Assembly: GCA_050115495.1 (NCBI GenBank) | Contig: JASFQK010000030.1 | Coordinates: 1 to 64,000, forward strand | Length of the DNA: 64,000 nt | Reading direction: 5' to 3' | Origin: Phycisphaerae bacterium | GTDB lineage: Bacteria; Planctomycetota; Phycisphaerae; UBA1845; Fen-1342 | Shown here: positions 29,383 through 40,266 of the stretch, one piece after another | How the letters are laid out: every line of letters starts with the position of its first letter | Position numbering within the stretch: the first letter of the stretch is position 1 | The notes under the pieces: model-generated | The model's database searches: none | What the model was told of the DNA's origin: nothing | Seen by the model: only the letters and a program-made list of their open reading frames with translations | Made by a program: the position numbers and the translations under genes

Positions 29383-29961
29383 ATGAAGTGTGCATGTCTC
29401 ATCACGGCCATCATCGCCCTGGCCATCTCTGCCAACGCCGCCACCGTCTATGACACCGAGGCGGACTTCCTGTCGGTCATCGCGTCCAACTACTATCTCG
29501 AAGACTTTGACACCCTCGTCAGCGGCGAGACCTGGGACGCCCCGGGCGCCAACGGCTTCGACTTCCTCGCCCAGGCCGACGGCGGCGTCGCCGCCCGTAG
29601 TGAGGGCGACCCCGCCGCCCCATGCCTCTCGGCCAACTGGGTCGACGGCACCCTCGAAATCGTCTTCACCGGCGCCCCTGTCACCGCCCTCGGTGCCAAC
29701 TTCTGCACGAAGCGCTTCATGCACGGCACTGACCAAATGAACGTCATCACGCTCAGCGATGGTACGGTCGAGCAGTTCATGGGGCTTGGCTTCCGCGGCT
29801 TCACGAGCGACGTGCCGATCACCAGCTTCACGCACGTCGGCGTGGATGACCCCAGCTACGCCTACGGCTGGCTCGACCACTTGTACGTCGGCACGATGGT
29901 CCCCGAACCCGGGGCCATCGCGCTATTGTCCCTCGGCGCCCTGTTCCTGCGCAGGCGCTAG
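29383..29961 (+). CDS. PEP-CTERM sorting domain protein
   Basis: AGGAGGAG SD; signal peptide; VPEPGAIALLSLGALFLRRR. Confidence 0.9.
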   Translation: MKCACLITAIIALAISANAATVYDTEADFLSVIASNYYLEDFDTLVSGETWDAPGANGFDFLAQADGGVAARSEGDPAAPCLSANWVDGTLEIVFTGAPVTALGANFCTKRFMHGTDQMNVITLSDGTVEQFMGLGFRGFTSDVPITSFTHVGVDDPSYAYGWLDHLYVGTMVPEPGAIALLSLGALFLRRR

Positions 29962-30095
29962 GCCCGGGTGGGCGGCGCGTTCGGGACCACGCCCGCCGGC
30001 GATCCCGAACAGCGTCTCCCGCATCGCCCCCCCACACGCCCGGCGATTCGGCGGAGCCGTTTTGTCCGTTCGCCGGGCGTGCTTTCTCTTCCGAG

Positions 30096-31856
30096 GTGCT
30101 GACCATGACCGCGCTCGCCGCTCTCGTGATCCTCGCCGCCCCGCTCTTCATCACCCCCGACTCGACCAACCGCCAGACGACTTCCGCAGAAGCCACGGTA
30201 CGCATCGGCCCGCCCACGTCGCGAGACTGCATCTGGGACAACATCCCCAGCGGCATCCTCTCGACCGCCGTCCACGCCTCGCAGCGCGACGAGGTCTACC
30301 CGTTCCGGGCCGGTGCCGCCGACGACTTCATCTGCGGGGCGTGCTCGCCCGCGGGGCAGGAGTGCGCCATCGTCTCCGTGCAGTGGTGGGGCCAGTTCTT
30401 CAACCCCGGGCCGCCGGGCAACGCCACCGCGTTTGAGATCAACTTCTACGCCGACGATGGCGATCAGCCGACCGGCGCCGGCCTGGACAACCCGCGTCCG
30501 ACGGCCGCCATCGCCATCGACGTGCCGATCGAGGACATCAGCACCGTGCTGGTCGGCAGCAACATCTACCAGTTCGACTACATGTTCCCGCCGGGATCGG
30601 AGCCGATCCTCCAGTCACAGACGCGCTACTGGCTCGAGATCGTCTCCGTCAACGTCACCAACCCGCAATGGGGTCGCAGCAGCACGGCCAGCGATCAGAC
30701 CCTCGCCGTCGCCACGCAGGGCTTCCCCGCGCTCAACATGCCCTACTGGACGCCGATCGAGGGCCGCGACCTGGCCTTCCGCGTGTATTCCACGAGCGGT
30801 GGCTCCGAGCCGCTCCCGCTGCGGCTCCTGCCGGTCGGCAACCCGGGCAACCTGCCCGATCTGCGCACCGACGCCGCCGGCGTCGGTGCGGTCCCGTACA
30901 CCTACCAGATCGGCGAGACCGAGATCACGGCGGGCCAGTACTGCGAGTTCCTCAACGCCGTCGCAGCGGACGACACCTACGGGCTGTACAACCCGGAGAT
31001 GTGGGACAATGCGATGGGCTGCAAGATCGAGCGGCTCGGCGCGCCCGGCGCGTACACGTACCAGGTGAGCGCCGCGTGGGTGAACCGCCCGGTAAACTAC
31101 GTCTCCTGGGGCGACGCCGTCCGCTTCGCCAACTGGCTGACCAACGGCAAGCCGCACGGCCCACAGGACCTGACCACGACCGAGGACGGCTCGTACTTCG
31201 TCAACGGCGCCGTGGAGGTCATCGAGTTGCAGACGGTCACCCGCGCTCCCCAGGCGATCTTCGTACTACCCTCGGCCGATGAGTGGTACAAGGCGGCCTA
31301 CCACTACAATGACGGCCCGACCGATCACTACTACGACTATCCCACCGGACACGACAACCTGCCCAGCAACGACATCGTGAGCCCGGATCCGGGCAACAAC
31401 GCCAACTTCTTCCAGGACGGATTCACGCTCGGCTCGCCGAGCTGGCGCACGCGCGTCGGCGAGTTCGAGAACTCATTCAGCCCCTACCGCACCTTCGACC
31501 AAGCCGGCAACGTGTGGGAGTGGACCGAGGAGCCCTACAACTGGTCCGATCGAACCTGCCGCGGCGGGTCGTACGGCTCCTACGACAGCCACCTGCGGCC
31601 GGACTCCCCGCTCCGCCTGTGGAACATCGTCGAGGATGAGGAGATCGGTTTCCGCATCGCCAATGTCGCCCCGCCCCCCGGGGACGTGAACGGCGACGGC
31701 ACCGTTAACCTCGACGACCTCGATCTCTTCGTCACCTGCCTGGCCGGTCCGGACAACCTGCCCGGCTGTGAGACGCCCTGGGCCGACATCGACTGGGACG
31801 GCGACGCCGACCTGGCCGACTTCGCTACCTTCCAAACCGCCTTCACAGGCGACTGA
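30096..31856 (+). CDS. Secreted FGE/SUMF1-fold protein with dockerin-like C-terminus
   Basis: EITAGQYCEFLNAV, RPVNYVSWGDAVRFANWL, LPSADEWYKAAY, DQAGNVWEW, RGGSY, IGFR; GDVNGDG. Confidence 0.85.
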   Translation: MLTMTALAALVILAAPLFITPDSTNRQTTSAEATVRIGPPTSRDCIWDNIPSGILSTAVHASQRDEVYPFRAGAADDFICGACSPAGQECAIVSVQWWGQFFNPGPPGNATAFEINFYADDGDQPTGAGLDNPRPTAAIAIDVPIEDISTVLVGSNIYQFDYMFPPGSEPILQSQTRYWLEIVSVNVTNPQWGRSSTASDQTLAVATQGFPALNMPYWTPIEGRDLAFRVYSTSGGSEPLPLRLLPVGNPGNLPDLRTDAAGVGAVPYTYQIGETEITAGQYCEFLNAVAADDTYGLYNPEMWDNAMGCKIERLGAPGAYTYQVSAAWVNRPVNYVSWGDAVRFANWLTNGKPHGPQDLTTTEDGSYFVNGAVEVIELQTVTRAPQAIFVLPSADEWYKAAYHYNDGPTDHYYDYPTGHDNLPSNDIVSPDPGNNANFFQDGFTLGSPSWRTRVGEFENSFSPYRTFDQAGNVWEWTEEPYNWSDRTCRGGSYGSYDSHLRPDSPLRLWNIVEDEEIGFRIANVAPPPGDVNGDGTVNLDDLDLFVTCLAGPDNLPGCETPWADIDWDGDADLADFATFQTAFTGD

Positions 31857-31926
31857 CGCCGCACTCGCGGGCGGAAGCGCGGCGCGTATTGCCACGCTTC
31901 CCCCCGCCCGTGTACGCTGGACCCCC

Positions 31927-32181
31927 ATGAGTGCTATCACGATACTCGGCATCCTGGCCGGCACGCTGACCACCGCCGCCTTCACGCCCCAGGTGGTCAA
32001 AAGCTGGCGAACGCGACACACGAAAGACGTGTCGCTCGGCATGTTCATCATCCTCTGCGTCGGCACCACGCTGTGGCTCATATACGGGCTGCTGATGAGC
32101 GACCTGCCCATCATTCTGGCCAACGCCGTCACGCTCGTTCTGGCCACTTCCATCCTGGCCCTGAAGATCCGGCACGGCTGA
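31927..32181 (+). CDS. SemiSWEET (PQ-loop) transporter
   Basis: AGTLTTAAFTPQVVKSWRTRHTKDVSLGM...LWLIYG...PIILAN. Confidence 0.9.
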   Translation: MSAITILGILAGTLTTAAFTPQVVKSWRTRHTKDVSLGMFIILCVGTTLWLIYGLLMSDLPIILANAVTLVLATSILALKIRHG

Positions 32182-32467
32182 CGCCCGTCTTCCCGTCGGC
32201 GGCCTGCTCTCCATCACCGACGCCAACCGCCTCATCGCGACGGACTTCCGCGTGGGCACGTCTCCCGTCACTCCGGCTGGAAGGGACAAGCCGGAGGATT
32301 TGTGCAAAGCCCGAGGAACCAGATCGGAATCGTCGTTGTCTGTCGCTGCGCGGCGTTGACTGGCGATACCTCTCCACTGGACCGATGAAGATGGAGTGAC
32401 ACGTTGCGCGAGAGCGCCGCACGACAAGTCCTTCGCCGCAAGCGATCACCGAGCAGGAAGGTCCGAG

Positions 32468-34207
32468 ATGAGTCTGAATCAGAAGACCACGGTCATGGTC
32501 GCCATTCCCGTGATGGCAGTCGTCGGTCTGGTGTTGGCAGGCGCGTGGACGCTGCGTAATGCGAGCCAGAAGCTCGACGATATCGTCAACCGGCAATTCG
32601 TCGGCCTGATCGACGGCGAGATCGCGCCGCTGATCACCGAGCAGTTGCTCCCCGTAGTCGATCGCGATCTGCCCCTCGTGCACAACCTGGACCACAGCAT
32701 GCAGTTGATGCTGGAGGCCGATCGCGACATGCACCAGGCGCTCATCGCCGAGCGCGCCAGTCAGACGGCGGAGGGGGACGCGTTCGCCGCCGCCGACACG
32801 GCCAACGCCGAGAACATCGAGCAGGCCGAGACGCGTGTGAAGAAGGCTTCGGAACTCTTCAATTCACAGGCCACGCGCGACCTGTACGCCAAGTTCACGA
32901 CCGAGTTCAGCAAATGGCGGACGGTCTCGCGCCGCGCGGTCGAGCAGGCCGCCGGCGGGACGGTCGAGTCGGACCTGGCCGGCGAGTCCGCGGCGGCCTT
33001 CGACTCCGCCCGAGGGCTGCTGGACCAGTTGCAGGGATTGCAGCAGAAAGACATCGACGCCGTCATAGCCGCCGTCGCGGCGAAGCAGACGGCGATCGAC
33101 GCCCGGCGCCAGACCGTCGACCAGCGGAAGGCCGCCGCCGTAGCGGATGGCCATGATGCCCAACACCGGGCAGCCAGCGCCACGACGCTGTTCCTCGTTA
33201 TCGGCGGCCTCGTGGCGATCATCGTTCCGGCGATTGGCTTCGTTATCGGGCGCAGTCTCTCGCGCACGCTCCAGCGGGTCGTCTCGGCCCTCTCCACCGG
33301 GGCCGAACGCGTGAACGGTGCCGCGGCCCAGTTCGCCAGCTCCGCCCAACAGCTCGCCGAAGGGGCCAGTACGCAGGCTTCGTCGCTCGAAGAGACGTCC
33401 GCCTCGCTCCAGGAGATGGCGGCGATGACCCGCACGAACGCCGAGCACGCCAGACAGGCCAACGAGTCGGCGGCGCAGGCCCGCACAAACGCCGAGACCG
33501 GCGACCAGACGATGGACGAGCTAAACCAGGCGATGGCGGCGATCAACGAGTCGTCCTCGCAGATCGGGAAGATCATCAAGGTCATCGAGGAGATCGCCTT
33601 CCAGACGAACCTGCTGGCCCTCAACGCCGCCGTCGAGGCCGCCCGGGCCGGCGAGCACGGCAAGGGCTTCGCCGTCGTCGCCGAAGAAGTGCGTAACCTC
33701 GCCCAGCGGGCCGCCGGCGCCGCCGGCGAAACGACCGCCCTGATCGAAGGCTCGGTCAGCCGCGCCCGCGCAGGCACGGAGGTGTCCAATTCGGCCGCGG
33801 AGGCCCTGCGCGCCATCGCCCGCGACGTGACGACGGCGGCGGGATTGCTCGGCGGCATCTCGGAGGCTTCCGGCGAGCAGGCCCAGGCCGTCGAGCAGCT
33901 CAACGTCGCCGTGTCGCAGTTGGATCACATCACGCAGCAGAACGCGGCCAACGCGGAAGAGTCCGCTTCCGCGTCCGAAGAGCTCAGTGCGCAGTCGAAG
34001 AAGCTAAACGCCATCGTCGCCGACCTGCGATCGATCATGGGGCAGGGTCAGGCGACGCGGGAGCCATCATTCACGGCAGCGAAGCCGAAGGCCGTCGCGC
34101 CGAAGCCGCAGAAGCTGCCGGCTGCCAAGTCGGGCGGTTTCGGCGGTGCGGCGTCTTCCAACAGCAGCAGCGAATACGAAGACGCGGGCGACCTCAGCGA
34201 CTTCTAG
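32468..34207 (+). CDS. Methyl-accepting chemotaxis protein
   Basis: Two TMs; [39 protein letters not shown]. Confidence 0.95.
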   Translation: MSLNQKTTVMVAIPVMAVVGLVLAGAWTLRNASQKLDDIVNRQFVGLIDGEIAPLITEQLLPVVDRDLPLVHNLDHSMQLMLEADRDMHQALIAERASQTAEGDAFAAADTANAENIEQAETRVKKASELFNSQATRDLYAKFTTEFSKWRTVSRRAVEQAAGGTVESDLAGESAAAFDSARGLLDQLQGLQQKDIDAVIAAVAAKQTAIDARRQTVDQRKAAAVADGHDAQHRAASATTLFLVIGGLVAIIVPAIGFVIGRSLSRTLQRVVSALSTGAERVNGAAAQFASSAQQLAEGASTQASSLEETSASLQEMAAMTRTNAEHARQANESAAQARTNAETGDQTMDELNQAMAAINESSSQIGKIIKVIEEIAFQTNLLALNAAVEAARAGEHGKGFAVVAEEVRNLAQRAAGAAGETTALIEGSVSRARAGTEVSNSAAEALRAIARDVTTAAGLLGGISEASGEQAQAVEQLNVAVSQLDHITQQNAANAEESASASEELSAQSKKLNAIVADLRSIMGQGQATREPSFTAAKPKAVAPKPQKLPAAKSGGFGGAASSNSSSEYEDAGDLSDF

Positions 34208-34409
34208 GGCGCATCGCCGAAGACACGGTCGAACGGCCGGCGAAAGCCATAACCGCCGGCCGGACGGGTGCCGTGGCGACAAGTCGGCGCTGCGGGGGGC
34301 ACTCTGTACAGGCTGAGCCTCGGGGGAACGCTGTGCCGTTCTGGCGGCGGCTGTGCTACAATGGCGCCTACTGTCGCATCTGGCAACGCCACCGAGGGGT
34401 ATCGGCGGG

Positions 34410-36848
34410 ATGCAGCCAACAACGCCAACCAGTCTTCTGTTTCCAAAGCCCTCGACGGAGGATCTGTTCGAGCGCTGGTGCCTCATCCTCTTCCGCACGC
34501 ACTTCGGCGGAAGCAATTGGGACCGGTTCCGTGGCCGAGGACGTCCGCAGCACGGTATCGACATCCTGGGCTGCGACCAGGACAAGCGCTCCGTGGCCGT
34601 CCAGTGCAAGATGCGCAACACCGGCTCGCCGTTGACGATGGACGAGATCAAGGCGGATGTGAAGAAGGCGAGGAAGCTCGACTCGCCGCCAGCCGTCCTC
34701 ATCTTCGCGACGACCGATGAATCGAAGAAGTTGCAGCAGGAAGTGCTGAAGTACTCCAAGAGACGCCAGGCCGCCGGCGCCTTCCCAGTCGAGATCCGGT
34801 ACTGGGGCGACCTGTGCGACCTCGCCAACGACCACCGCGAGATACACGCCCGACTCTGGAGCACGCTCCGGTGCGAAGCCGCCGACAATCTCGCCGCCGC
34901 GGGCATCAGCCAGAACCAGAACTTCGTCGGCCGCACGGAGGAGCTGGCCAGACTCCACAAGATGCTCACCGTCGGCTCGACCCAGATCACGCAGGCTATC
35001 GTTGGCGAAGGCGGCATCGGCAAGAGCGAGTTGGCCAAGCAGTACGTGTTTGAGTTTGCCGACGAGTGGGACGGGCGCTGGTGGTTGGATGCGTCGGAGG
35101 CAGCCATCGAGGCAGCCACCGCCCGGCTGGCCGAACGGTTGCTGGGTGACGACGCCGTCCACGACCATTCTCCGAACCAGATCCGCATCGCCCTCGTCAA
35201 CTTCCTGAGCGGCGAGAAGCACCTGTTGGTGCTGGACAACATCCAATCCGCCGAACAGGCCAAGCGATTCGCCCTCCAGTCGCCGGCCCGTGTGCTCATC
35301 ACGACTCGGCGGCGAGACATCCCGCCGGCCGTCGCCGGCAAGCTGGAACTCGAAGTGCTCGACCGCGAGGACGCGATCAAGCTACTGACGTCGGGCCGCG
35401 AGGACCTGCGTACCGCCGAGCACCGCCCGACGCTGAAGGCGATCGTCGACCACCTGGGCTGTCACGCCCTGGCAGTGGCTGTCGCCGGTGCACGCTTGTC
35501 GCAACCGCCACCACCCACGCCAGCCGAACTCCTGACACAGCTCCAGGAAGCCGAAGTCGGGACGCTGAACGACCCGTTCGAGGAAGGCGAACCGAACGAG
35601 GAGTTGGGTACCGGCTACCGGCACAAGGTGGCGGCATCGCTGAGCCTGCACCTGCCGACGTTCGCAAACACGCCGGCCGCGCGGTTACTGGAGCTGGCGG
35701 CCTTCTGTCATCCAAGCAGCATCCCGGCCGACCTCCTGGCCGACGCCGCCGGCTTGCCGCTGGCTGAGGCGAAGAAGGCTCTGCGGGAGTTGCACAACGT
35801 CTCGATCGTGAAGTGTGACGAAGCCGTGAGCATCCACCGGCTGACGCAATCGGTCATGCGAGCGAAGCTGGCTGACACGGCCCGGCGAGAGGCGCTGGCT
35901 GCACTGGTCGGCGTGATGACGAAGCACTTCGCCGATCCAGACGAGTACCGGCGTTGGGCCGAAATGGACCGCTACGCCGCTCACGCCACAGCGGTCGTGG
36001 AACACGCAGACAAACTCGCCGGAACCGAGGATGCGGGGTATCTGGCGAACCAGACCGGCCTTTTTCTGAATAACCTCGGCCGCTTCGACGCCGCCCGGCA
36101 GAACACGGAGAGGGGCGTCGCGATCGCCCAGAAGGTCTCTGGACCACACCACGCCAACGTCGCAGCCGGCTACAGCAACCTCGCGACGATCCAATACCAG
36201 CAGGGCGATCTGAACGCCGCACGCGAGAACATGGAGAAGGCTATCGCGATCGAACTCAAGCACTTCGCCCCGGACCATCCCGCACTCGCCACCAGCTTCT
36301 CCAACCTCGCGCTGATCCAGAGAAACCAGGGTGACCTGAACGCCGCGCGGGAGAACATGGAGAAGGCCATCGCGATCAAACTCAAGCACTTCGCCCCGGA
36401 CCATCCGTCGCTCTCCACTGGCTTCTCCAACCTCGCAATGATCCAGCATGCTCAGGGCGACCTCAACTCCGCGCGGGAGAACACGGAGAGGGCCATCGCG
36501 ATCGAACTCAGGCACTTCGCTGCAGATCACCCCAAACTCGCGACACGCTACTCCAACCTCGCGGTCATACAGAAGGACCTCAACGACCTCGTTGGCGCGA
36601 GGACGAGCGCGGAGAAGGCCATCGGAATCCAACTCAAGCAGTTCACACCGGACCATCCCGACCTCGCTATCCGTTACCATAACCTGGCAGGGGTCCTCGC
36701 GGCAGAGAAGGACTTTGCGGGTGCAGCGGAATGGGAGACGAAGGCGCTGGGCATTCTCCTCAAGCACTTCAAAGACGCGCACCCAACCGTGAAGCTTGTG
36801 CGGAAGACTCTCGCGCGCTACCGCGCGCAGGCAGAGGCCGGGAAGTAG
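34410..36848 (+). CDS. Mrr-like nuclease - STAND (NB-ARC) NTPase - TPR protein
   Basis: FE...QHGIDI...AVQCK; FVGR; GEGGIGKS; LLVLDN; VLITTR; GCHALAV; IHRLTQ; 42-aa TPR units. Confidence 0.85.
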   Translation: MQPTTPTSLLFPKPSTEDLFERWCLILFRTHFGGSNWDRFRGRGRPQHGIDILGCDQDKRSVAVQCKMRNTGSPLTMDEIKADVKKARKLDSPPAVLIFATTDESKKLQQEVLKYSKRRQAAGAFPVEIRYWGDLCDLANDHREIHARLWSTLRCEAADNLAAAGISQNQNFVGRTEELARLHKMLTVGSTQITQAIVGEGGIGKSELAKQYVFEFADEWDGRWWLDASEAAIEAATARLAERLLGDDAVHDHSPNQIRIALVNFLSGEKHLLVLDNIQSAEQAKRFALQSPARVLITTRRRDIPPAVAGKLELEVLDREDAIKLLTSGREDLRTAEHRPTLKAIVDHLGCHALAVAVAGARLSQPPPPTPAELLTQLQEAEVGTLNDPFEEGEPNEELGTGYRHKVAASLSLHLPTFANTPAARLLELAAFCHPSSIPADLLADAAGLPLAEAKKALRELHNVSIVKCDEAVSIHRLTQSVMRAKLADTARREALAALVGVMTKHFADPDEYRRWAEMDRYAAHATAVVEHADKLAGTEDAGYLANQTGLFLNNLGRFDAARQNTERGVAIAQKVSGPHHANVAAGYSNLATIQYQQGDLNAARENMEKAIAIELKHFAPDHPALATSFSNLALIQRNQGDLNAARENMEKAIAIKLKHFAPDHPSLSTGFSNLAMIQHAQGDLNSARENTERAIAIELRHFAADHPKLATRYSNLAVIQKDLNDLVGARTSAEKAIGIQLKQFTPDHPDLAIRYHNLAGVLAAEKDFAGAAEWETKALGILLKHFKDAHPTVKLVRKTLARYRAQAEAGK
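36170..36673 (+). repeat. Four ~126-bp tandem units encoding TPRs
   Basis: SNLA.IQ..QGDLNAARENMEKAIAI.LKHFAPDHP repeated with high nucleotide identity. Confidence 0.8.
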
Positions 36849-36905
36849 GGTAGCAACATCGGTGGCGGGGCGCGTCGTCGCGAGTGAGGCGTTGCCCGCA
36901 AACAA

Positions 36906-37106
36906 CGTCGCCCACGGGGGGGACGACGCTACAAGCGTTCCTGGCGTGTGATGTGCTCTGCGCGACCACAGACGGTCAGTCGCCGGGTGCCACTGGTGGC
37001 TTGTCCACCAGTGCCCCGGAGGCAGCGTCAGCCAAAGACGGCCGACATCCCGGCGCGCCGGGTGCCGCTACGCAACGCGACGGCCGACACGGAGGTCGGC
37101 CGCTAC
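36906..37106. repeat. REP cluster (two families)
   Basis: GTAG-type palindromes at 36906-36932 and 37081-37106; GCCGGGTGCCACTGGTGGCTTGTCCACCAGTGCC at 36982-37015. Confidence 0.75.
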
Positions 37107-37146
37107 AACCAGCCGACGCAGCCGCTACAGCACGGTCACCTGCCCG

Positions 37147-37725
37147 CTACTGCGCGGCGTACAGCACGATGAAGTACCCGAAGCACTCGGTATCGCTCTC
37201 CAGGGCGAGGTCGAGTGTCGGCGGGAGGTCGTCGCCGGGTTCGAGGTCTTCGAGAATGCCGGTCGAGAGGTGGACCTCTTCGCCGTAGATGACCAGGTCG
37301 AGCGTCATGATGTGCCAGCGGTCGCCCTGTGAGTCGGTCCAGCGGTCGTAGTAGCCCGTGCCCGTGACTTCGTTCTCCTCGCCGGCGAACGAGAAGAACC
37401 AGTCGGCGACGGTCACGTCATAGGCCCGGTGACCCGGCGGCGTGTGGTGGTTCGGCGTCAGCGTGAAGCTGCCCGTGAACTCGAGCGCCGCCAGCAACGG
37501 GCACATGCAGCCCTGCTTGCCGGCCTCGCTGCCCAGGCAACCCTCGGCGAAGATGCTCTCCGGCGACAGCACGTACTCCGTGCCCGGGCTCGCCGACACG
37601 GCGATCGACGCGCTCACCGCCGGCGACGCGTCCCGCACCGGCGATACCGCCGCACCCGCCACCAGAAGCACGCCCACCCCCACCGCAAAGCCCATCGCCA
37701 ACCGCGAGTATCGTGTCACGCTCAT
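37147..37725 (-). CDS. Hypothetical secreted protein
   Basis: GGAGG SD; N-terminal hydrophobic segment; GC...GCMCP motif; acidic. Confidence 0.65.
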   Translation of the reverse strand: MSVTRYSRLAMGFAVGVGVLLVAGAAVSPVRDASPAVSASIAVSASPGTEYVLSPESIFAEGCLGSEAGKQGCMCPLLAALEFTGSFTLTPNHHTPPGHRAYDVTVADWFFSFAGEENEVTGTGYYDRWTDSQGDRWHIMTLDLVIYGEEVHLSTGILEDLEPGDDLPPTLDLALESDTECFGYFIVLYAAQ

Positions 37726-38013
37726 CTGCCTGTCCTCCATAGCAGAGCTGATGGAGCGCGGCCGCCGACCGCCGGCGGAAAAGAAGTGTGTGATGCCCAG
37801 CGCTCCGGGTGATAATCCGTCACTGGAGCGCAGAATCCGCCAGCGGCGCGCAGAATCCGCCAGAATCGAGCAGAATGGGCGCCGCCGAGCGCGAATCAGC
37901 ACCCATCGGGGCGGCGCACGGTCGCCGCAGTCCCCCACACAGCGGACAATCAGGAGTGGGGAGCGCAGGCGGCCGGGCACGAACCGCCCGGCCGCCAGCG
38001 TCGCCGCCGCCGG

Positions 38014-39423
38014 TTACCCGCCGGTGAGCAGGTCCACGAACGGCGAGATGTCGAAGTTGTTCACGGCCCCGTCGCCGTTGACGTCCGCCAGGTCGCGGTC
38101 GCAATCGGGGTAGGCGTCCGCGTAGCCCGCTTCATCGGTCAGGGCCAGGACGAACGCCCGGATGTCGAAGTTGTTCACGATCCCGTCGCAGTTCAGGTCA
38201 CCCAGCGCCGGCGGCCCGAGGTTGTTGCGCATGTAGAGATCGATGTTGCCGTCGCGCTTGTCCTGCCAGACGGCACAGAAGCCGGTGTCATACTCACCCA
38301 GTCTGACGTAGCTCGCCCCCTGCTGAGGCAGATCCATGGGGTCGATGTGCTCGTTTTGAGAAACGCGGAACTCGTCCCCCCACGTCAATCCCGAGTCGTC
38401 ACTGAACTTGTACCGGATGATGCCGTAATCGGCACTGCTCCAACTGGCCGGCCAGCCGCTGTCGCCGTGGTACTGGCACCAGACGGCGTGCAGGCCCTCC
38501 TCGTCGGTCAGCAGCTTCGGCCGCGCGCCGTAGAACGTGTCGTTCAGTTGCAGGTCGCTGCTCCACGTCGCGCCGTCGTCGGTGCTTCGCGAGTACACGA
38601 TGTTGAAGTAGTTGCTGCGATCGTCTTCCCAGGCCACAACGAGCGCCTCATCGGCGACGGCAATCTGGGCGAGCTGCGCGTGCGGTCCAGCGCCCTGAGA
38701 AACCGCCACCGGCGTGGTCCACGTATCCCCGTCGTCGGTGCTTCGGCAATACCGGATGCGCGGGGCAAACTCGTAGCGCCCGAAGGCCATGTGAATAACG
38801 CCGTCAACCACTGCGAACGTCGGGTGCTCGACCGTGTCCCAGGGCAGCAGCGGCTTCTCCTCCCAGGTCCCACCGCCGTCACGGCTGACGTACAGGTAGC
38901 TGTAGATGATCTCGAACTCCCAGTCCATGTTCTGGGCGTAGACGAAGAGCACGTCGCCGTACGTGAAGGCGTCAACCGCCTCGATGTTGTCGCGCTCTCC
39001 CACCCGCACCGGTTCGGCGAAGGTCTCGCCGCCATCTGTGCTGTTGGCGCAGTAGAGCCACTTGTACTCTTCCTCTTCATCCTCGAAGTACTCGGTGAAC
39101 AGCAAGTGCAGGCCCTGTTCGTTGGCGCAGATGGCCGCGTTGTCATAGGGCATTCCGTCGAAGGCGATCCACGGGCCGTTCCACGTTTCGCCCTTGTCGG
39201 GGCTCATCATCAACGTGATCTTGGTGTCTTCCCAGTCGGTCCAGTCAAGCCAGAGCACGTAGAGCGCATCATCCGGCCCGGTCGCGACCCGCGTGACGTA
39301 CTGCACGACCGGATCCTGGGTGATGAAGGACTCATCTTCCCAGTCGCCGCCGGACGCGACGCCCGCGGCCAACAAGACGACCGCGAACAAGCCCACGAGG
39401 CGGGCGCTAATCAAACGACTCAT
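38014..39423 (-). CDS. BNR/Asp-box (sialidase-like propeller) protein with dockerin domain
   Basis: Repeated S.D.G.TW motifs; GDLNCDGIVNNFDI C-terminus similar to that of the 13586 gene. Confidence 0.85.
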   Translation of the reverse strand: MSRLISARLVGLFAVVLLAAGVASGGDWEDESFITQDPVVQYVTRVATGPDDALYVLWLDWTDWEDTKITLMMSPDKGETWNGPWIAFDGMPYDNAAICANEQGLHLLFTEYFEDEEEEYKWLYCANSTDGGETFAEPVRVGERDNIEAVDAFTYGDVLFVYAQNMDWEFEIIYSYLYVSRDGGGTWEEKPLLPWDTVEHPTFAVVDGVIHMAFGRYEFAPRIRYCRSTDDGDTWTTPVAVSQGAGPHAQLAQIAVADEALVVAWEDDRSNYFNIVYSRSTDDGATWSSDLQLNDTFYGARPKLLTDEEGLHAVWCQYHGDSGWPASWSSADYGIIRYKFSDDSGLTWGDEFRVSQNEHIDPMDLPQQGASYVRLGEYDTGFCAVWQDKRDGNIDLYMRNNLGPPALGDLNCDGIVNNFDIRAFVLALTDEAGYADAYPDCDRDLADVNGDGAVNNFDISPFVDLLTGG

Positions 39424-39711
39424 TTTCCCGCTCCTTTCTGCAACGCGTGAAGTGAATGACGCCGGGCGTGTGCCGGCCCTCGACGTCCGGTGCTGCGCGT
39501 GCTTTCGTTCATCTTAACACGCCACGAGCCACCCGAATAACACAAACTCCACAAGACATCACCGCGTTGATGGTCGCTGAGTCCCGGAGTCGTTACTTCG
39601 CCATGATCTGCGCGCACCGGGACTCTACGCAGCGTCCGCGGCGAACGCTGCCACGCAAACGGTGAGGCGCGTAGTCAATCCCCCCTCCCGACGGGCGTCG
39701 ACGCTCGCCCT

Positions 39712-40266
39712 CTACCGCCGACGAACGGTCAGCACGCCGACAGCCAGCAGCAACAGCGCCCCCGGCTCCGGCGTCGTTTCCACGCCGATGGAATGGATCG
39801 TCGGGCTCGAGCCGGTGTTGGTCAGGATGTCCTCGACACTGACGTCGACGTAGCCGTCGAAGTACATGTGGAAGTTGCTGTATAGCAGCAGCGCTTCGCC
39901 CGCGCTCTGCGGCAGTGGCTCGAACGCCGGGGGCACCTCGGCAACGAGCACGTCGTTGATGCGGTCGCTCTGGATCGTGCCGGCATCTGTCTCACCACCG
40001 AACAACCCGCCCGGGTCGACGATGCCCAGTTCGTGGAACGTCACCTCACCGTCGCCCAGCACGATGTCGAACTCGGCCAGCCCGAGCGCGTCATCCGCGC
40101 CGCCACCCCAGACGTAGACGTCGAAGTAGCCGTCATAGAAAAACGGGAAGTCGCTCGTGTTCCCGTCCGGCGCTTCGCCGTGCCCGGTGACCTCGAAGTA
40201 CACATCCCCCGCCGCCACACCCATGCCCAGCATCAAGACGATCGCGACGATTACCGGTACGCGCAT
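39712..40266 (-). CDS. PEP-CTERM sorting domain protein
   Basis: Signal peptide; TPEPGALLLLAVGVLTVRRR. Confidence 0.9.
   Translation of the reverse strand: MRVPVIVAIVLMLGMGVAAGDVYFEVTGHGEAPDGNTSDFPFFYDGYFDVYVWGGGADDALGLAEFDIVLGDGEVTFHELGIVDPGGLFGGETDAGTIQSDRINDVLVAEVPPAFEPLPQSAGEALLLYSNFHMYFDGYVDVSVEDILTNTGSSPTIHSIGVETTPEPGALLLLAVGVLTVRRR

Noticed and set aside
31480..31670. FGE/C-lectin fold as a DGR target
   Set aside because: No template repeat or reverse transcriptase seen in the window.
36170..36673. Regular repeats as a CRISPR array
   Set aside because: They are in-frame TPR coding units with no spacers; no cas genes in the window.
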